Shown here: positions 11,147-19,681 of the stretch, piece by piece | Layout: each line of letters opens with the position of its first letter | Numbering within the stretch: position 1 is the stretch's first letter | Assembly (NCBI RefSeq): GCF_001952655.1 | Contig: NW_018128011.1 | Span: 1,079,772 to 1,099,452 of the forward strand | Source of the DNA: Monopterus albus | Lineage: Eukaryota | Direction of reading: 5' to 3' | DNA: 19,681 nucleotides | Position numbers and translations under genes: made by a program | Notes under the pieces: generated by a model | The model's input: only the letters and a program-made list of their open reading frames with translations | The model's database searches: none | What the model was told of the DNA's origin: nothing

Positions 11147-11166
11147 TTATTTATTTATTTATTTTT
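11147..11166. repeat. (TTTA)n microsatellite in intron 5. A T-rich tract follows at 11231-11252.
   Basis: ttatttatttatttattttt. Confidence 0.8.
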
Positions 11167-11614
11167 AATAAAAAACTCCTTGTAAAATTCCTTGGTCAGC
11201 TGTTTATGAAATACAAACTGGAGATGTTTTTGTTTGTTTTTTTTTTGTTTTAATCAAATCTATTAGAATGTTTAAAGACTAAGGAAGGAAGCCAGAAATG
11301 TTTTTGTTTTTAAAGCAAACATTTCTTGAGCAGACTAACATTAAAATTTAAATGAATAACCAAATAACACCTGATGACTTAAAAAAACCAAACCAAAAGT
11401 ATAATTTATGTTCATTGCAGTCTTTGACAGAATAATTCTAACATTTCCTTTTACATTAAATGGTTTTAACAAATGTTAAAGTGTTTTGATTTCAGTAATG
11501 GCTGTAAGATGGTCCTCGTGAATTAAAAACCCCGATTTAGTCAAATAAGTAATTTCATTTCAGCCATGACCACATTGTGCTAAAACACTCAGAACCTGTG
11601 CCTTTACCATTCAG

Positions 11615-11709
11615 GTGAGGAGTGGCTGGTCAGTAAGGTGGGAGCGTACCTTCCAGGAGCCCATGAAGAGGTGGTTGACATCGTGAACGCCTTCATCCTG
11701 AATGACAAG
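11615..11709 (+). CDS. mvp: mvp exon: (G)[31 protein letters not shown]
   Basis: Acceptor taccattcag| (AG 11613-11614). Donor GACAAG|gtgact (GT 11710-11711). Matches human GEEWLVTTVGAYLPAVFEEV. Confidence 0.88.
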
Positions 11710-11857
11710 GTGACTGAACGCTGCTTTGTCGTTCTCTTAAAATCTGGTTCCCAGTGTTTGATAACAGTGACAGCATAGGTGCAGGAACTGATTAAATCAG
11801 GTTTTGGTGCTCAAACTCGTGCACATAATAAATTCTTCACTTCTGGTCTCTTTTCAG

Positions 11858-12094
11858 AAAGCGCTTCACGTTCGTGCTCTGCGGCCATTTAAAGATGCCG
11901 GCGGGCGGCAACGTCATACAGGTGAGGAGTGGCTGGTCACTATTGCCGACAGGGACGCTCACATCCCCTCTGTATCGGAGGAGGTGGTGGGGGTGGTGGA
12001 TGTGACCACTCTGAGTAGCAGGCAATACTGTGTGATCCTGGACCCGGTCGGGACTGACGGGAAACCTCAGCTGGGCCAGAAGAGGGTGGTGAAG
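11858..12094 (+). CDS. mvp: mvp exon: [79 protein letters not shown]
   Basis: Acceptor ctcttttcag| (AG 11856-11857). Donor GTGAAG|gtaagaag (GT 12095-12096). Collinear with human ...[24 protein letters not shown]. Confidence 0.9.
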
Positions 12095-12459
12095 GTAAGA
12101 AGAACCTTTTTTCTTCTTCTTTCATGTATATGCCAATCCACATACAGTAGTTTCACTTTTCCCTTTATATAGTCTCAAGAAAAAGTAATTGCACGTTTTT
12201 CAGTTTCCTGATTTTCTGCATAAAGTGGTCATGAAATGTGATCTGATCTTCAGCAAAGTCACAGATATCAACAATCACAATATTTATAAGCTGATAAAAC
12301 ACAGTCATGATCTTTTATGTCTTTATTGAACACACCCGTTAAACATACAAAGTGATGGTGGAAAAAGTAATGGAACCACAAGGCTTCTGATGTCACTAAA
12401 CGTCACCTGGAATCAGGTGTTAGCAAACCCGGAGTCCAGGTGATGTTTACATTTAATTA

Positions 12460-12700
12460 CAAGTTTCAAATTGTAAATTGTCTTGTACTTGTATAGCCCT
12501 TTTCTTTACAGCACACTCAAAGCACTTTCACACAATTTGGCCATTCACCCATTCGCACTCACAGATGCTCACACACACTGGGGATTCAGTGTCTTGCTCA
12601 AGGACACTTGACATGTTGACTGGACAAGCCGGGAATCGAACCGTTAATCCTCCGGTTAGGAGACGAACCACTCTATCTCCTAAGCCACACCCGCCCCAAG
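12460..12700 (-). mobile_element. tRNA-derived SINE in mvp intron 7, antisense to the gene. The head ggggcgggtgtggcttaggagatagagtggttcgtctcctaaccggaggattaacGGTTCGATTCCcgg (B box) is followed by a body and tail ...gtgaaagtgctttgagtgtgctgtaaagaaaagggctatacaagtacaagacaatttac.
   Basis: The reverse complement of 12478-12697 shows a tRNA-like 5' end. It has an A-box-like TGGCTTAGGAGATAGAGTGG and a perfect B box GGTTCGATTCC. It also has the conserved fish SINE tail motif GCTTTGAG...AAAGGGCTATACAA. Confidence 0.7.
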
Positions 12701-13091
12701 TTGTCAGTCCTGTTCTAGCATGTATACAAATTGCACATCCAAAACGAGAGGCTTTTTGATGTTATGCGCCTACATGAAGTATACTGTCTACCACATCATT
12801 GCCAACATTTTCATGTTGATTTATTGAGCTGGTGTGATCTTAAATGTGAGTTTTCCAAACATAGGCTCTCCAGAACCTGGATACAATATATGTTTACCTA
12901 GCAGTGGAGTTTTTTTCAGTGCATAAGCCATTTTCCCCCAACTAAAAGCCCTGAATTTTACTGTATTTTAGTTACTAATCTACTGATCTTGTGAACTGTT
13001 GGCCTTATTAAATGCGCTATACTGTATCCACCTTTCCGAGAGACCTGATAACTCCTAATTTTCTTTTGGATTTTTTCTTCGTCTCTGACAG

Positions 13092-13217
13092 GGTGAGCGC
13101 TCGTTTTTCCTGCAGCCGGGTGAGCATCTTGAAAACGGCATTCAGGACGTGTATGTGCTGTCAGAAGAGGAGGGTCTGGTGCTGAGAGCTGTGGAGGCTT
13201 TCAACGACATAGACGAG
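13092..13217 (+). CDS. mvp: mvp exon: [42 protein letters not shown]
   Basis: Acceptor cgtctctgacag| (AG 13090-13091). Donor GACGAG|gtgagg (GT 13218-13219). Matches human [25 protein letters not shown]. Confidence 0.9.
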
Positions 13218-14289
13218 GTGAGGAGAGCAACAGAGTCTTAGTTATAGACCTTTGTAGAGGTATTGTTGATGAATGATCACTGGCAGCACTAACCTCCCTG
13301 TTAAATACACAGATTTTTTTTCTGACTGCTTCACATTAAAAGCCACCACCTTTTGTAATGATAAGAAAAATAAAAAAATTGTTTATCGAGCACTTTTCAA
13401 TTCAAGTTAGTGCTTCATGCAAGGCTGTGAATTAATCAAAATAGTCATTAGGTGCTATGGCAAAACAGAACATTTCCTTTGTCCAGCTATAAACTGCATT
13501 TTATACCCGATTTATTTTATGCTTCTTCCTGGCCTGGTCTCTTTTTAAAGTGTGAAGTGTTTCTCTTGGCTCTCTGTGTGACAGGGTTATCAGCATGGAA
13601 GAGAGTGAAGTGAAGGGAGCAGCTGGCATGACTTGGTGCCTATTCAGAAATGGCCCATTTGTATTCTGCTTGTAATGTTTGTTAAAGCTTGGCCTTATGC
13701 AAACTGCATCTTTAGACACAGGTGTGTCACTGTGGAAGACAACCTGCAACTTAATGTAGAGCTTTAATGGCTGGTATGAAGTGAAAAGTCAGAGGTGTGT
13801 CTCTGCCCTCGGTGGTTAAAAGTTTAAAGCCTTTTTCAGCCAGAGCCGCACCCGGCAGCAATGATTGGTGTGGGTGTTGGCGAGAAGGATTCCTGAGAGA
13901 ATACCAGGATAAGGGCGAGGTCAGAGTGGCAGCTGATTAAATATGTAGCTGACATGTTGTAATAACAACTGGAGCCTCCTGACTTTTGCACCTTATTGTT
14001 ACAAGCACCCTCCTTCAAAACTTGGACTACCTGATTTACAACAAAAGGCTTTCTGCTTTTATCATCAAAGTTTAGCTGGAAACTAAGGTTAACACCTGAA
14101 ACTGGTCATTTTCTGTATGAGTATTTTCAACAGTCCACATACAGAGACTAAAACCGACAATGATTTGCCTCTACTCACGGTTAATGTCCGTCAGTGTGTC
14201 AGTCCTGGATCAGCTCTAAATCCTCTTCAGTCTTTAGCTGTATGCTGCTATCAGGTGTTTAAGAAGTGAGGTTGTTGAGTCCTTCACTG

Positions 14290-14566
14290 CACATCCTCCC
14301 TCTCTAACTTTGCTAACCCATTATACCCATACTCTCTTCTTCTTTTTCTTTCCTTTGAATTAAAACCCACCATCCCCTTATATCCCTATCCCTTCAATAT
14401 TACACCATCAAACCTTTACCTCTTCCTCCATCCTTTTCATTTTACTCAGTGCTTCTTTCCAGTCTCCCCTCCTCCTCTTCCTTCCCGTCCTCCACCACTC
14501 CAGTGCATCACCATGTTAACCCTTGTCTCCGTCATCCTCCTTTCTTGTCCCCGTTCTCTCTGCCAG
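14290..14566 (+). promoter_or_regulatory. About 280-nt polypyrimidine (C/T) tract ending at the exon 9 NAGNAG acceptor
   Basis: tcctccctctctaac...ctcttcttctttttctttcc...cttcctccatcc...ctcccctcctcctcttccttcccgtcctccaccactcc...cgttctctctgccag. Very few purines on the + strand. Confidence 0.5.
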
Positions 14567-14776
14567 CAGGAGTACGAGGAAGAGGGCGACGAGGAGGAGG
14601 AGAGGACCAAGCGCTCTCGGAAGGACGGCATGCTCCGTCGCCCCGGAGACCGTTGGATGCTGCGGGGTCCCATTGAGTACGTCCCCCCTGCTACCGTGGA
14701 CGTGGTGCTTAGACGAGAGGCCATCCCGCTGGATGAAAATGAGGGCATCTATGTCAGGGACATCAAAACTGGAAAG
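14567..14776 (+). CDS. mvp: mvp exon: (Q)[75 protein letters not shown] acceptor: the exon starts at 14567 (ccag|CAG) or 14570 (cagcag|GAG).
   Basis: Tandem acceptor tgcCAGCAG|gag. Donor GGAAAG|gtgttgg (GT 14777-14778). Matches human ...[12 protein letters not shown]...[19 protein letters not shown]. Confidence 0.88.
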
Positions 14777-14967
14777 GTGTTGGTTACAAGGATGTGGTGT
14801 CAGCACATAGTTTTGTTAGACTCAGTGTTGGAGCCTCAAAATAATTTCCCTTAAGCATTAAACTGAGTTTAGCTTCATGTATTTCAGAACACAAACTTTA
14901 AAAACAGACAGAACTCCATGTTACTATAGCATTAGTTCTAACATCAGTGTGTCTTCTTGCTTCTCAG

Positions 14968-15203
14968 GTGCGCGCGGTGATTGGTCACACCTACATGCTG
15001 ACTCAGGATGAGGAGCTGTGGCAGAAGGAGCTTCCTCCAAATGTCGAGGCCCTTCTGGCTTCTCCTATTGACCCACTAGCCAACCGCTCAGACCGGACAT
15101 CGACTGCCCAGAGCGGGCCGAGGGATAAGACCCGGGTTGTCTCCTACAGGGTCCCCCACAATGCTGCTGTCCAGGTCTATGACTACAGAGAGAAGAAAGC
15201 CAG
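14968..15203 (+). CDS. mvp: mvp exon: [78 protein letters not shown](R)
   Basis: Acceptor ttgcttctcag| (AG 14966-14967). Donor CCAG|gtgggtc (GT 15204-15205). Phase 2. Confidence 0.9.
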
Positions 15204-15289
15204 GTGGGTCTCAGGCTTCGTGTCCTGGTGGTGGGATGTGGAGGTTAAATCAACTAGCTGATGCAGTGGTGTTGCGCTCTTGTCTGTAG

Positions 15290-15487
15290 GGTGGTGTTTG
15301 GACCAGAGATGGTGATGCTGGGACCTGATGAGCAGTTCACTGTGCTGTCTCTGTCTGGAGACAAACCTAAGAGGGCCAATGTCATCAAGGCCATCTGCCT
15401 CCTGCTGGGACCCGACTTCTGTACCGACATCATCACCATCGAGACGGCTGACCATGCCCGACTGCAGCTGCAGCTCTCCTACAACTG
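15290..15487 (+). CDS. mvp: mvp exon: (R)[65 protein letters not shown](W)
   Basis: Acceptor cttgtctgtag| (AG 15288-15289). Donor AACTG|gtaact (GT 15488-15489). The split W codon is completed by the G at 16523. Confidence 0.9.
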
Positions 15488-15694
15488 GTAACTACAAGCC
15501 ACATAGCAACAGACCAGAGAAGAGCTGGCTGTCATAACTATAAAAGATAAGGTGGTCAGACAGTAAAATATATATTACAGAATTTATTTAACTGCTGAAA
15601 CATTACAGAAAGGAAGATGTACTCTAAGCTCCCCCCGACATAACAGTGTCCCACCTAAGGAGTTTGCCCCCCAGTTTGGGAACCACTGCTTAAT

Positions 15695-15935
15695 TATTTC
15701 CCTCACTTGCATCTTACTTGTTTTTATTCCTGTCCATGTAAGATGGTAGGAAAAGCTACAAGAAGAAAATACGATGAGAGAAGAATCGAGGAAACGTTTT
15801 TAGACACGAGACGTGCTTTCCTCCGATCCTTCATCTGAAGCATCCAGTCACAGATTCCTACTAAAGGGGTGTGTCAGTTCATAAAAGACTTCTGCAGAGG
15901 ATGGTCTTGTGTGTCCTTGCACCTGAGAACCAGAA
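15695..15935. repeat. Copy 2 (intron 11) of the same dispersed repeat family
   Basis: tccctcacttgcatcttacttgtttttattcctgtccatgtaagatgg...cgaggaaacgtttttagacacgagacgtgctttcctccgatccttcatctgaagcatccagtcac...ctaaaggggtgtgtcagttcataaaagacttctgcagaggatggtcttgtgtgtcc. Same orientation as copy 1. Confidence 0.6.
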
Positions 15936-16522
15936 TAAGCACTTTGGCACACCCTTTTGCACCAAAACAACTTCTGGGTTGAGTGAGGAACAATCAAATA
16001 AGGGAACTGGGATTGCCCTCTTGAGAAAAATGAATGGGACCTTTACTGCAGGAACTATCCCAAAGAACATTTTATAGAGACTAAATAAGACACACACTTA
16101 CTTAGGAATCAGCTTTAGAAATTATTTTGCTGGTTACCCCTCCGGCATCCTGCAGCCAGCTGATGACGTGGCAAAAATGTTAGTCAAAGCTTTTAAATCA
16201 TTGTTTGACTTAAATCAAATTCAGCAAAAGCCTTGAGTTATATAGCTGGAACGGGCATGTTTTTTAGTGAAGTCTGATATGGCACTCTACCTGCAATGAG
16301 AGTACATGTAGTGGGGCTTTTCACAGCAAGTTTGCGTGCAGGGGAAGTATTAAATTAGTGTTTCAAATGTAGAGGAGGTAAAATTTCAGTTTACAAACAT
16401 GTACAGACCCCTTTGTCCAAACGGACAGTCTGCTTTCTTACGTCTCAATACGTTTTCTGATCTCATTAAATTTAACACCACTGACGTGGATTCCTCTTTG
16501 TCCCTTGTTTCTTTTCCGTCAG

Positions 16523-16667
16523 GCACTTTGAAGTCAAGACTCCACCAGACACTGCTGATGCAGCAGCTCTGTTTTCAGTTCCTGACTTTGTCGGAGACTC
16601 CTGTAAAGCCATCGCCTCCCGGGTCAGAGGAGCCGTTGCCTCTGTGCAGTTTGATGATTTCCACAAG
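16523..16667 (+). CDS. mvp: mvp exon: (W)[48 protein letters not shown]
   Basis: Acceptor cttttccgtcag| (AG 16521-16522). Donor CACAAG|gtttgtatt (GT 16668-16669). Confidence 0.9.
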
Positions 16668-17161
16668 GTTTGTATTTCACTGTCTTCCTGTCACTATCTT
16701 TCAGTTTTCTAAACAGAAAGGAGCAGAATAGTTTACCTTCTTTTGAAAGCAGTCTGCTGGTGCAGGCGACCCTGAGGTTTCAGTAACATCTGAAATTAAA
16801 CGCTTCCTTTTAGCTTTAGTTGCTCTCCTTATATTCTGAAATACTGGTGGTTTTGCATGTACTTGATACTTAAACTTACTCAAAACAGTTTTGTAAATCA
16901 TTCTATTTAAAGTTTAACTTTTTTTTGTCACATAATGGGAAAATGAATGGCCCCCAGTTTTGGCCTCTTGGATGACCAGTACCAGACATTTAAAGTCATC
17001 ACTGCTGGCTCTGGGGATTTTGAACAATGTGATTTTGAATTTTATTTTATTTTACTTGCAACCATTTAAAGTAAACACTTTAAATTCAGACCTTTCTTCA
17101 AATTTTATTAAGGCATAAAACAAAGAATTTAAATATGTAAAATGTTCATTTGTTTCTGCAG

Positions 17162-17373
17162 AACTCGAACCGCATCATCTGTTCAGCCGTGTTTGGCTTC
17201 AATGAGAAGTTGGCGGTTCGTCCCACTCTGCACTTCCCCCAGAACAACTTGGTGATCAGCAGTGTGGACATCCAGTCTGTGGAGCCCGTCGACCAGAGGA
17301 CACGAGACGCCTTGCAGAAAAGCGTCCAGCTCGCTATCGAAATCACCACCAACTCCCAGGAGGCTACTGCACG
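17162..17373 (+). CDS. mvp: mvp exon: [70 protein letters not shown](R)
   Basis: Acceptor catttgtttctgcag| (AG 17160-17161). Donor GCACG|gtctgaaac (GT 17374-17375). Phase 2. Confidence 0.9.
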
Positions 17374-18261
17374 GTCTGAAACAAAACACATTAGTAGTAA
17401 AGTAGATACTTCTACAGGTAGTTAATTACAGCAGCAGATTGCATTCACCAAGGAAAAAGAGTATCTTCTCATAATTATGATTTACTATATTATAATTATG
17501 AAATCTTTTTCTGGTAAATAATGAGAATGCAGGGTTTGGAACGCTGCAGAACTTGCCTGAAAATCAAGTTTTAATGAGCACCTGCATTGTAACACACCAC
17601 ATCCATGGCCTACTTCCTGTTTCTTGTCAAAGTTTACGAAACACCAGACCTGAATATTTATTAAAAATGTTTTTACAGCATCTGAAGTACCCAGACTCAA
17701 CTCTGCATGTGCGAGCTCTTGTTTATAGTCTACTAGCTCCTCACATTTTCGCAGAGATCTTGTGCATGTGCAACTGAGCCTTGCTACTTCAGACACTGTA
17801 AAAAGTCCTCGTTTGGAAGTATTCAGGTCTTATGTTTTGTAATCAGGAACTATGCTGCCCAGTGCAGTGGTATGTTTCACTTATGTTTTTAATCATTTCT
17901 GAACAACAACAGAGGTCTATGGCGCAGATGAAGATGTAGGGAGTAGAGACAATTCATCCTTGGTTTGTCTTTGTAGGGGGAGTGCTGAAAATACCAGCCT
18001 TATCCTTTACCCTGCAGTACAGAACAGCAAGATGTGTTGATTTAAAACCATAAGGGTGTATTTTTGAACTTCAGACAGAACAAGGCTAGGAGTTTCCCCC
18101 TGCTTCCAGTCTTCATGCTAAATTAACCACATCCTGACTCCAGCTGTGCACTTAACCACAGATCTGACCGATATTAGTTCAACTACTGCTTTAAGATAAC
18201 CAATTACCTTTTTAAACATTTTGTTCCTGAACACATTGTAACTTCAGCTTCATGTGTGCAG

Positions 18262-18378
18262 GCACGAGGCAGAGCGACTGGAGCAGGAGGCTCGGGGAAA
18301 GCTGGAGAGGCAGAGGATCACTGACCAGGCCCAGGCTGAGAGAGCCAGGAAGGAGCTACTGGAGTTGGAGGCACTCAG
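18262..18378 (+). CDS. mvp: mvp exon: (R)[38 protein letters not shown](S)
   Basis: Acceptor catgtgtgcag| (AG 18260-18261). Donor CTCAG|gtaaac (GT 18379-18380). Start of the coiled-coil cap-helix region. Confidence 0.88.
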
Positions 18379-18452
18379 GTAAACACGGGGTCACTGGCAT
18401 CACAGGAAGGTGGGAGGGGTTTGTGTCTTTTGACCTAGAAGTAAATTTTCTT

Positions 18453-18468
18453 AAAAAAAAAAAAAAAA
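18453..18468. repeat. Poly(A) homopolymer (16 nt) in intron 14
   Basis: Read directly. Confidence 0.9.
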
Positions 18469-18610
18469 GGCATGCCTGATAATAGATCTTATAGACTGGG
18501 ACCATGGTCAGCTGATTATACAAAACACTATGTCCAATTTAATAACTTAAAAGTGGATTTTGTGTTAAGTTATTCTTGCAGCTCTCTGACCTAGCCTCTG
18601 TGTGTTTCAG

Positions 18611-18737
18611 TGCTGCGGTGGAGAGCACAGGAGCTGCAAAGGCTGAAGCTCAGTCTCGGGCGGAAGCGGCTCGTATTCAGGGAGAAGCAGCCGTCAATGA
18701 GGCCAAACTGAAAGCTGAAGCTCAGAGGATCGAGGCG
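18611..18737 (+). CDS. mvp: mvp exon: (S)[42 protein letters not shown]
   Basis: Acceptor ctgtgtgtttcag| (AG 18609-18610). Donor GAGGCG|gtacgtt (GT 18738-18739). Matches human [27 protein letters not shown]. Confidence 0.88.
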
Positions 18738-19299
18738 GTACGTTCTGGCATCCTATTTCTCTTCTCAATACAATGTCCAACCCACAAGTAATTCCAAATA
18801 TTACATGACTAGTAAGCTACAGTACACAGTAGGGGTGTGATGAGATCGTGATATTAAAGCGTGACAGTATTTCTCCTCAAGGAGGAAGCTGTCTTGCAAT
18901 ATCAATACATAACAGAACAAGACCAGCAGCCGGGATGTTGGAGTGCGAGTGTGAAATTAACAAGGATACCCCCACCACTTTTTTTATGTTCAGTTAAAAG
19001 GTCATACATCACTGTTTTCCTATATACTGATATATTTGTGGTGGGCCACAACAACATCAACATTGACAGACACATTAACTTAAAGTTAAAATCTTACTTG
19101 TATGTAGTGCTGTGTGTAGCACACGTATTCGCTCCGGCAAATGAAATTAAATCCATTCAGATAGACTTGTATCAAACTGACACTGGCCTGTCTATCACCA
19201 TCTATAGTTTAACAAAGTATTGAGGTCAAAGAGCCACTCGCTAGTTTTCAATAGCATCTCAGTGGGTACAGCCCGAGTCTTTCATAAATCCAAGTTTCC

Positions 19300-19540
19300 A
19301 GCATTTGTATCTTTTCCTCGTCTTAGTCCCACCCATGTAATATGCTAGAAAAAAAAATTCAGCGAGAGAGGAATCATGGAAACAAGTTTACAGAGACATG
19401 AGACTTCCTTTTCTTTGATCCTTCATCTGTATCATCCAGTTAAGTTTCAATAAAGGGGCGCATCAGTCCACAAAAGACTTCTATTGGCTGTAGGATGTGG
19501 TTTGGTGTCCAAACAGCACCTCGAGGCCAACAGTAATGTC
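19300..19540. repeat. Copy 3 (intron 15) of the same dispersed repeat family, 5'-truncated
   Basis: cctcgtcttagtcccacccatgtaatatg is near-identical to the 10366-10392 segment. ...gagacttccttttctttgatccttcatctgtatcatccagtt...aataaaggggcgcatcagtccacaaaagacttct...ggatgtggtttggtgtcc. Confidence 0.55.
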
Positions 19541-19594
19541 ACAGAGGTAAAATGATAGATGTCTAAACAAATGTGCATTTGTGTGCGTGTACAG

Positions 19595-19681
19595 GAGGCA
19601 GAGTTGCAGCGTCTGGCAAAGGCCCGTGAGCAGGAGCTGATCTATAAGAAGGACATGGACCGCCTGGAGGTGGAGAAGCAG
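19595..19681 (+). CDS. mvp: mvp exon (truncated by the window end): EAELQRLAKAREQELIYKKDMDRLEVEKQ...
   Basis: Acceptor gtgtgcgtgtacag| (AG 19593-19594). Open frame to the window edge. Cap-helix heptad pattern. Confidence 0.85.

Noticed and set aside
14446-14810. Overlapping ORFs on both strands (100 aa minus, 75/95/96 aa) around exon 9
   Set aside because: They are shadow ORFs created by the GC/GAG-rich exon 9 and the stop-poor pyrimidine tract. Only the 14567-14776 frame matches MVP.
18861-19223. 120-aa + strand ORF in intron 15
   Set aside because: It is AT-rich intronic sequence with no flanking splice sites in frame with mvp exons. The translation is I/L/Y-rich and low-complexity.
1-19681. 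Possibility of a prokaryotic operon, defence system or CRISPR array, as the prompt suggests
   Set aside because: There are no long uninterrupted ORFs. The coding signal is split into about 100-240-nt blocks flanked by GT...AG with polypyrimidine tracts. There are tRNA-derived SINEs, homopolymers and fish-type repeats. There are no direct-repeat/spacer arrays. The window is a vertebrate intron-containing locus.

Overview
This window is vertebrate nuclear DNA, almost certainly teleost fish, and not a prokaryotic locus. It has GT-AG introns, an AT-rich intergenic and intronic background, a tRNA-derived SINE and fish-type interspersed repeats. There are no operons, CRISPR arrays or defence-system-like gene clusters.

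The dominant feature is the 5' two-thirds of the major vault protein gene (mvp) on the + strand. Fifteen coding exons lie between about 7141 and the window end at 19681, encoding about 789 codons. The encoded protein contains the vault repeat domains, the shoulder region and the start of the cap-helix coiled coil. The remaining C-terminal exons lie beyond the 3' edge. The gene call rests on long, collinear matches of the conceptually spliced protein to mammalian MVP as recalled from memory: [41 protein letters not shown]..., ...[11 protein letters not shown]..., ...[18 protein letters not shown]..., ...TGEEWLV..., ...[34 protein letters not shown]..., ...[22 protein letters not shown]..., ...[35 protein letters not shown]..., ...[36 protein letters not shown]... 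It also rests on every junction having a canonical GT donor and AG acceptor with consistent intron phase. No search was run.

A CpG-enriched promoter-like region (about 3720-4100) with an E-box, a CCAAT box and a CACGCCC box lies upstream, and a non-coding first exon is probable. The first ~1.4 kb carries the last two coding exons and 3' UTR of an unidentified + strand gene with an acidic D/L-rich C-terminus.

The introns contain a minus-strand tRNA-derived SINE and three same-orientation copies of an unclassified ~240-bp dispersed repeat. They also contain a ~155-bp-unit minisatellite, an A/C-rich degenerate tandem repeat and homopolymer tracts.

The points most worth a second look are these: a NAGNAG tandem acceptor preceded by a ~280-nt polypyrimidine tract at exon 9; a perfect 5' splice-site consensus inside exon 7, at the position homologous to a real intron in a neighbouring vault repeat; an ambiguous start codon; and the unidentified upstream gene.
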